Shown here: one piece after another, positions 59,139 to 64,000 of the stretch
How the letters are laid out: every line of letters starts with the position of its first letter
How positions within the stretch are numbered: the stretch's first letter is position 1
NCBI RefSeq assembly: GCF_902459465.1
Contig: NC_047064.1
Location: 21,080,001 to 21,144,000, forward strand
DNA length: 64,000 nt
From: Asterias rubens
Lineage: Eukaryota
Direction: 5' to 3'
Notes under the pieces: generated by a model
The model's input: the letters and a program-made list of their open reading frames with translations, nothing else
Database searches by the model: none
Told to the model about the DNA's origin: nothing
Made by a program: the position numbers and the translations under genes

Positions 59139-61319
59139 AATAAATAAATAAATAAAAATCAACAATTACAACAGGGTGTGGTATAAACTGTTTTAAAAAA
59201 ACTCATCTCTGCCAACTGGTCACATTGGTGTTATTTTTAACACCATAAGGTGTTAATTTGTAAGGTGTTAATTTGTATTCTCTCTTAGGTATAAGCCTCC
59301 ATGGTATAAGACCACAACTATTATGGTGTTAAGTTTAACACCCTTGTTTTTGCATAGTAAGCACTCCCACGTTAATCGTGAGAGATAATCTACCTAGTAT
59401 AAACCATGTTAATAGTGTTATTATGAATTGTTTGTCAATGCAGATTGACAGTAAAGTCGTCGCCAAGATCGCACTTGGTGACATCGATCCCAGCGAGGCC
59501 AAACTCCTCAAGGTGTGGTGTAAGAAAGAAGAAGTGGCGGTCTTTGTCAACACTACGATGACGCCACCTACGACAATGGCCGGCGAGGTGACCAGAGCTG
59601 GATTCCCGCAAGACCCAGATATGGTTACTGAATACATCGAGGTTGGAGTAGAGAAATGTGAGTTTGTCAAGTCAGTGTTTTCTTTAGACCTCCTTCAACC
59701 TTCAATTGTGAAATCCTTGTTCAGCTTTATAGTTATACTGGGATGGTTCAGAAATGACGTCACAGACAAAGTGCATAAGAAATAACAGGTGGCCACAAGA
59801 CAAAAAGACTGGCAATGGACGATAAACTTAGAGGGCGTACAAACTGTATGATGAGTTTGAGGGGAATACGAAGTATTCCAAAGACCTACAACTTCAAAAA
59901 CATCACATTGCCCATTATAAAAGTTTACCCTAAAGCCATTCCTCCAGAGGACCATGTCACACGAGGCAATTTACAGGCAATAGATCCAGGCAATATCCAA
60001 GAAGGAAAGCCATTCACATTTTGAATGTTCATATTTTTGTTAGGGATCGTAAGACGATGTCTGCAAAATGACTCAGGAGTGCGACCAATAAGTTCCTATA
60101 AATTATAGCATGCACTGTTGGTTGCCTCCAAGTTCCATCATGTGACATGGCTCTTTAGACACCCAGTAACAAGGAGCAATTTTAAAAGAATCTCAATGCA
60201 TAAAAGGCTTGTAATTATTAAATGCATCTTTTCATCCCTAGAACCTTGCTCCAAGAATCTCTGACGTTCATGATAATATTTCTGCCATTTTATGCATAGT
60301 TTTCTTCTTGTCTTGCAGGTAAATACTTGTTTGCCGATACCGGTATATCAGAGAGGGGTGTAGGGGCCATCCTCCTCATCCTTACATTGATCCTTCTCTG
60401 TACCTGCCTCATCCTTATGGTGAAACTTCTTAACTCCATCCTCAAGGGTCGCATGGCCGGCATCATCAAGAGGGTCATCAACGCAGACTTCCCCCGTCCA
60501 TGGCATTGGGTCTCCGGCTACCTCGCCATCATTGTTGGTGCTGGGGTGACGTTCATAGTGCAGAGCAGCTCTGTCTTCACGTCAGCGTTGACGCCTTTAG
60601 TTGGTCTTGGTGTCATAACCTTAGAGAGAGTCTACCCCTTGACCCTGGGCTCCAACATCGGCACCACAGCCACTAGCCTCTTGGCTGCTATGGCAAGCTC
60701 AGGCGACAAACTCAAGAACAGTATCCAAATCGCCCTGTGTCATCTCTTCTTCAACATCTCCGGGATCTTGATTTGGTATCCAGTCCCGTTCATGAGAAGG
60801 ATACCGGTCAATCTCGCCAAGAGCCTGGGGAACACCACAGCCAAGTACCGGTGGTTTGCCATCTTCTACTTGTTCATCATGTTCTTCTTTATACCCCTGT
60901 TGATCTTCGGACTGTCTATGATCAGCATGTGGCTCTTGCTAATTGTGGGTGTCCCATTTATCCTCTTGTCAACATTTGTTGTTGTCGTAAACATCCTGCA
61001 AGCTAAAAAACCTCACCTCCTCCCCAAGAAACTCCGCAATTGGGACTTCCTCCCACTCTTCATGCACTCCCTAGCACCATTAGACTCCGTCATCACTAAA
61101 GTAATGCACGCCTTTGGAAGATGCTGCCCGTGTATTAAGAAAGACAACACTGGGGAGGAAGATGGTAAAGATTTGCCGCTCCACAATGGAAATACAGCCC
61201 AAAATCTGGCAGTTCACTATGATGCTGTCAACAAGCGCACAAGCACATTGCCGTTAAATTCAGCCACTCTTAATAGTGCAGAGCCAGACTCAGAAGCACC
61301 ACGCACCCACTCGGTTTAA
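53474..61319 (+). CDS. SLC34A2: SLC34 (NaPi-II) sodium-dependent phosphate cotransporter, NaPi-IIb-like, about 679 aa
   Basis: Exons 53474-53503 ([10 protein letters not shown], less certain), 56413-56620, 57292-57423, 57802-57945, 58439-58749, 59444-59657, 60319-61319; all GT-AG with phases 0/1/1/1/0/1, total 2040 nt. Signature motifs [63 protein letters not shown]. Assignment to A2 rather than another SLC34 subtype is not resolved. Confidence 0.95.
53584..53627 (+). ncRNA. minimal type-I hammerhead ribozyme motif in SLC34 intron 1
   Basis: gtctc-CTGAAGA-c-gatcag-agcata-ctgatt-GAAACGTT-gagtt; core intact, stem I only partly paired. Confidence 0.5.
53693..53847. mobile_element. 155-bp MITE with 22-bp TIR
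   Basis: catagaccttatcgcaaacacc / ggtatttgcgaaaaggtctatg (20/22); inner perfect IR aggtgcattgtgg/ccacaatgcacct. Confidence 0.75.
55096..55244 (+). mobile_element. MITE family A, 3' fragment
   Basis: Ends gagtaattaccaatagtgctcatgcct|ttaa. Confidence 0.65.
55666..56045 (+). mobile_element. MITE family A, full length
   Basis: ttaa|agacagtggacactattggtaatt ... aattaccaatagtgtccactgcct|ttca. Confidence 0.85.
56568..57147 (+). repeat. 7-copy 84-90-bp minisatellite made of the exon end plus 5' splice site
   Basis: Units start 56568, 56653, 56737, 56827, 56912, 57002, 57087. Confidence 0.95.
58978..59114. repeat. perfect 64-bp inverted repeat centred on a tRNA-Asn(GTT)-like anticodon loop
   Basis: Arms 58978-59041 and 59051-59114, loop cacgttaaa; right arm continues as variable loop, T-arm (ggttcaaatccc) and acceptor-like strand. 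Confidence 0.9.
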
Positions 61320-61605
61320 TAATGGCACACTTGCTGTCCACCATTTTGTTTTATAACAGCTTTGACAATGAGATGCAATGTGCAAGTCAAGTGCAGGTAA
61401 TAACATTATTTTACTTCTACTATCTTGTTATCGAGAACTTTCGCGTCGCTTCGTAGCAACTTACATCGTCCTTGTCACAACAATATGCATAAATAATTTG
61501 TCAGAAAGGAGGTGTTGTTTCAGAACTGCGAATTATTTGTCTTGTCGTTATTTTTACCAATGGTCTTCAGCTGTTATAAGTTGTGTGACAAATTGAACTA
61601 AAAAC

Positions 61606-61611
61606 AATAAA
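61606..61611 (+). terminator. candidate polyadenylation signal for SLC34
   Basis: AATAAA about 290 nt after the stop codon; position only. Confidence 0.3.
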
Positions 61612-64000
61612 TAAACATTTTGATAAAATTTGTATTCTCTTCGATCGGGCAAGCAAGATTGTAGTCCTGTTATGAACCAATGCTCCAATGATGTTAAACA
61701 GCGCCCTCAGTTGTCAAGTCATGGTCTATAAAATAGCTAAGTATGAACTTGTACTAGTCGCTCCATCATTCACACCCGTTCATCATCCAACACAATGTAC
61801 CGTAAACTTTGCATTTATTATTATTAGGCATAATGTATCTGCTGCTGAAAATTTCCAGGAGCTCCTGCTCGACTGTGGGGGTGTGTGTGGGGGTGTGTGT
61901 TTTTGCATAATTTTTTTTACTCACTCTTAAAAAAGATAATCACTTTTTAATGTTATTGTAAAGGCTGTTACCAAAAATAATAATAATCTTTCCTTTTTTT
62001 CTGGGAATCTCTAATTCGACATTCTTTTTATTCATCCAAGTTTATTTGGGGTAAAAAAATCGGTCGAATGCCTAGAGAGTTGTCAAAGTTAACGGTTGGG
62101 GAGAACTCATCTCCAACAAATAATTTGCAAAGTAACACTGCATGCCAGTATTCAAAAAATAAGTCAAAAATCACACGGACAGAAATGAACAAAATTCTTA
62201 GACAAAAAAAGGAATATGATACCTGGTTAGGCCGCCGGCCGCAGTCGTCCACCTCTGTGTATAAAGAGGAGGCAAAGGTCACTGTTGTGCCGCTCGTGGG
62301 GTGTACAATTTGTTGGCAGTGATTTTGGGGCTTTTGTAAACAAGTGTGTGGCTAGCTGTAAACAAGGGTTACTAACGCCTTATCAATATTATCATCATGT
62401 ATACATAATATAAATACTTACAAGTCTAATGCCATCAATGATTAAAAAATTCGAAAATTATTACTTCCTAAAAAAGTAAAATGCATCCGGTCACAGACTG
62501 AAACACCAAAGTCAGATTAACTGTCTTTTGTATGAAACACGATTTCACAGAGGGTGTGAAATTCTCAAATATTTTCGAAGATAAGAATTTGTTAGGAGTA
62601 CTTGTCCTATCTTCCTCCATGATTTTACTCACCAATACTTTATCAAAAGTTGCAACCGTAATTATAGCCGATATGATCTATGAACGGATCACCGAACTAA
62701 TTTTGTGCAAAACAAAATTTCGCAGGACGTGAGCTCCCGTTTGTATCTTGGAGGTAGAAACTCTATTTCTACCTCCGTTGGTGGTTGGAACATGGTTGGG
62801 AACAAGAGGACGGTAAATTTTATTTCAAAACCTTCCTTGATTATTTGATTTTGAATGTAAAAATGCTATTACGCACCTGAGAAAAGTACATTAAAACAGA
62901 TTATTCTCTTTAAAATAACAATGTCGTCGTTTGAAGGAATTTATTTTCAACAACAATTTTGCAAACCTGTGTGCCGCCCCATACAACCCACCTTCTTCGT
63001 TCACAGTGACAGTTTCTACAATATGTCAGCAGGCAGACTGTGTTGGGGCTGGATCATGGAATTAAACTTAGTTGTAACATGGAGTAACGGTCCTTCCTCT
63101 AAATGTCTATTCAATCTATGCAACCTTAATTCCCCTAATTTGTTGCACCCAATAATGGATTCTTTTTCTTTATACATGTACCTTGTGGGCTGTTGTTTAC
63201 ATTCATGCATGTGGATCCTGCTTTGTGCGAAATAAAAGTCCTTTCTCTATGATACAAAGACAAGGATTTCCGTCCGTTAGTAAATTGGAGGGAAAGCCAG
63301 TTATATGCGGATAGTACTTCAAGGAAACCCCTTTGGGAAATACCACTTTTTGAAGGTTACACCTCAACATCATTGCATTGTTTTGAATTATTTTTCGTTA
63401 CAATTGTTACCAACAATACTAAGTAAGCTATAAACCAATATGCAAACAGTCAATTTATCCAACTTATGTGAATCAAATGTCAGTAAATTAATTTAACAAA
63501 ACTACGCCGCATTTGAATACCCCTACACTAAAATGGAATTGTCCCGCTTCCGTTAAAAATAGAACACGGCATCAGACATGTGGACGAAACCGATCGTGTG
63601 GTCGTGTGGCTGCATACAGATGCCTATCATGTGCCTCCCGTACCGTGTAGTTTAGCATTGGTGATCATGTGCCTCTCATGTGCCATTTTATGAATGAAAC
63701 GTGCAGCGCTAGCGTACTGCTGTCATCAAAAGAGTGACGTATAGGAAATGAGCCAATTTGATTGGTTCGTAGGGCGAACTCGCACGGAGATTTCAAGAAA
63801 TATACTACGCGCTTTTCAGAAAACCGGCATCTTGTTAATGGCTGACAGTCTGAAAGGATACTCCTTTTCTGTGTTCTCCAAAACTAAAACTTAAGATTAT
63901 TTTCCGTCTCTATTTAATGGCGAATTTTAATTGCCCTGACGATGTGCATGTTATAATGCAACTGCCGACATCGGTGATAACCGGGCCGCCGCCCGTGTAT

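Overview
AT-rich, intron-containing eukaryotic genomic DNA with no prokaryotic features. It is most likely a marine invertebrate deuterostome; the MITE families resemble those I recall from sea star (asteroid) genomes, which is an inference and not verified. Spliced gene models built by hand: (1) a melanoregulin (MREG)-like gene on the minus strand (5 coding exons, 251 aa, plus a candidate alternative terminal exon); (2) a tandem cluster of four type-II membrane nucleotide-diphospho-sugar transferases (PF03407/GT77-like, SDVD motif). Three of these lie in a 6.7/9.4/9.4-kb tandem segmental triplication (23625-49097; copy 3 is frameshifted) and the fourth is a divergent paralog with an in-frame duplicated splice acceptor; (3) an SLC34 (NaPi-II) Na+/phosphate cotransporter (7 coding exons, about 679 aa) whose intron carries a 7-copy minisatellite of its own exon end and 5' splice site. 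The non-coding DNA is dense in non-autonomous DNA transposons (TTAA-flanked Kolobok-type MITEs, nested MITEs with TSDs and visible empty sites, an IS3EU-like 90-bp palindrome), hairpin arrays, tRNA-derived SINE pieces and minimal hammerhead-ribozyme (Penelope/retrozyme-type) remnants. Most short ORFs in the supplied track are spurious. All coordinates were counted by hand and may be off by a few bases.
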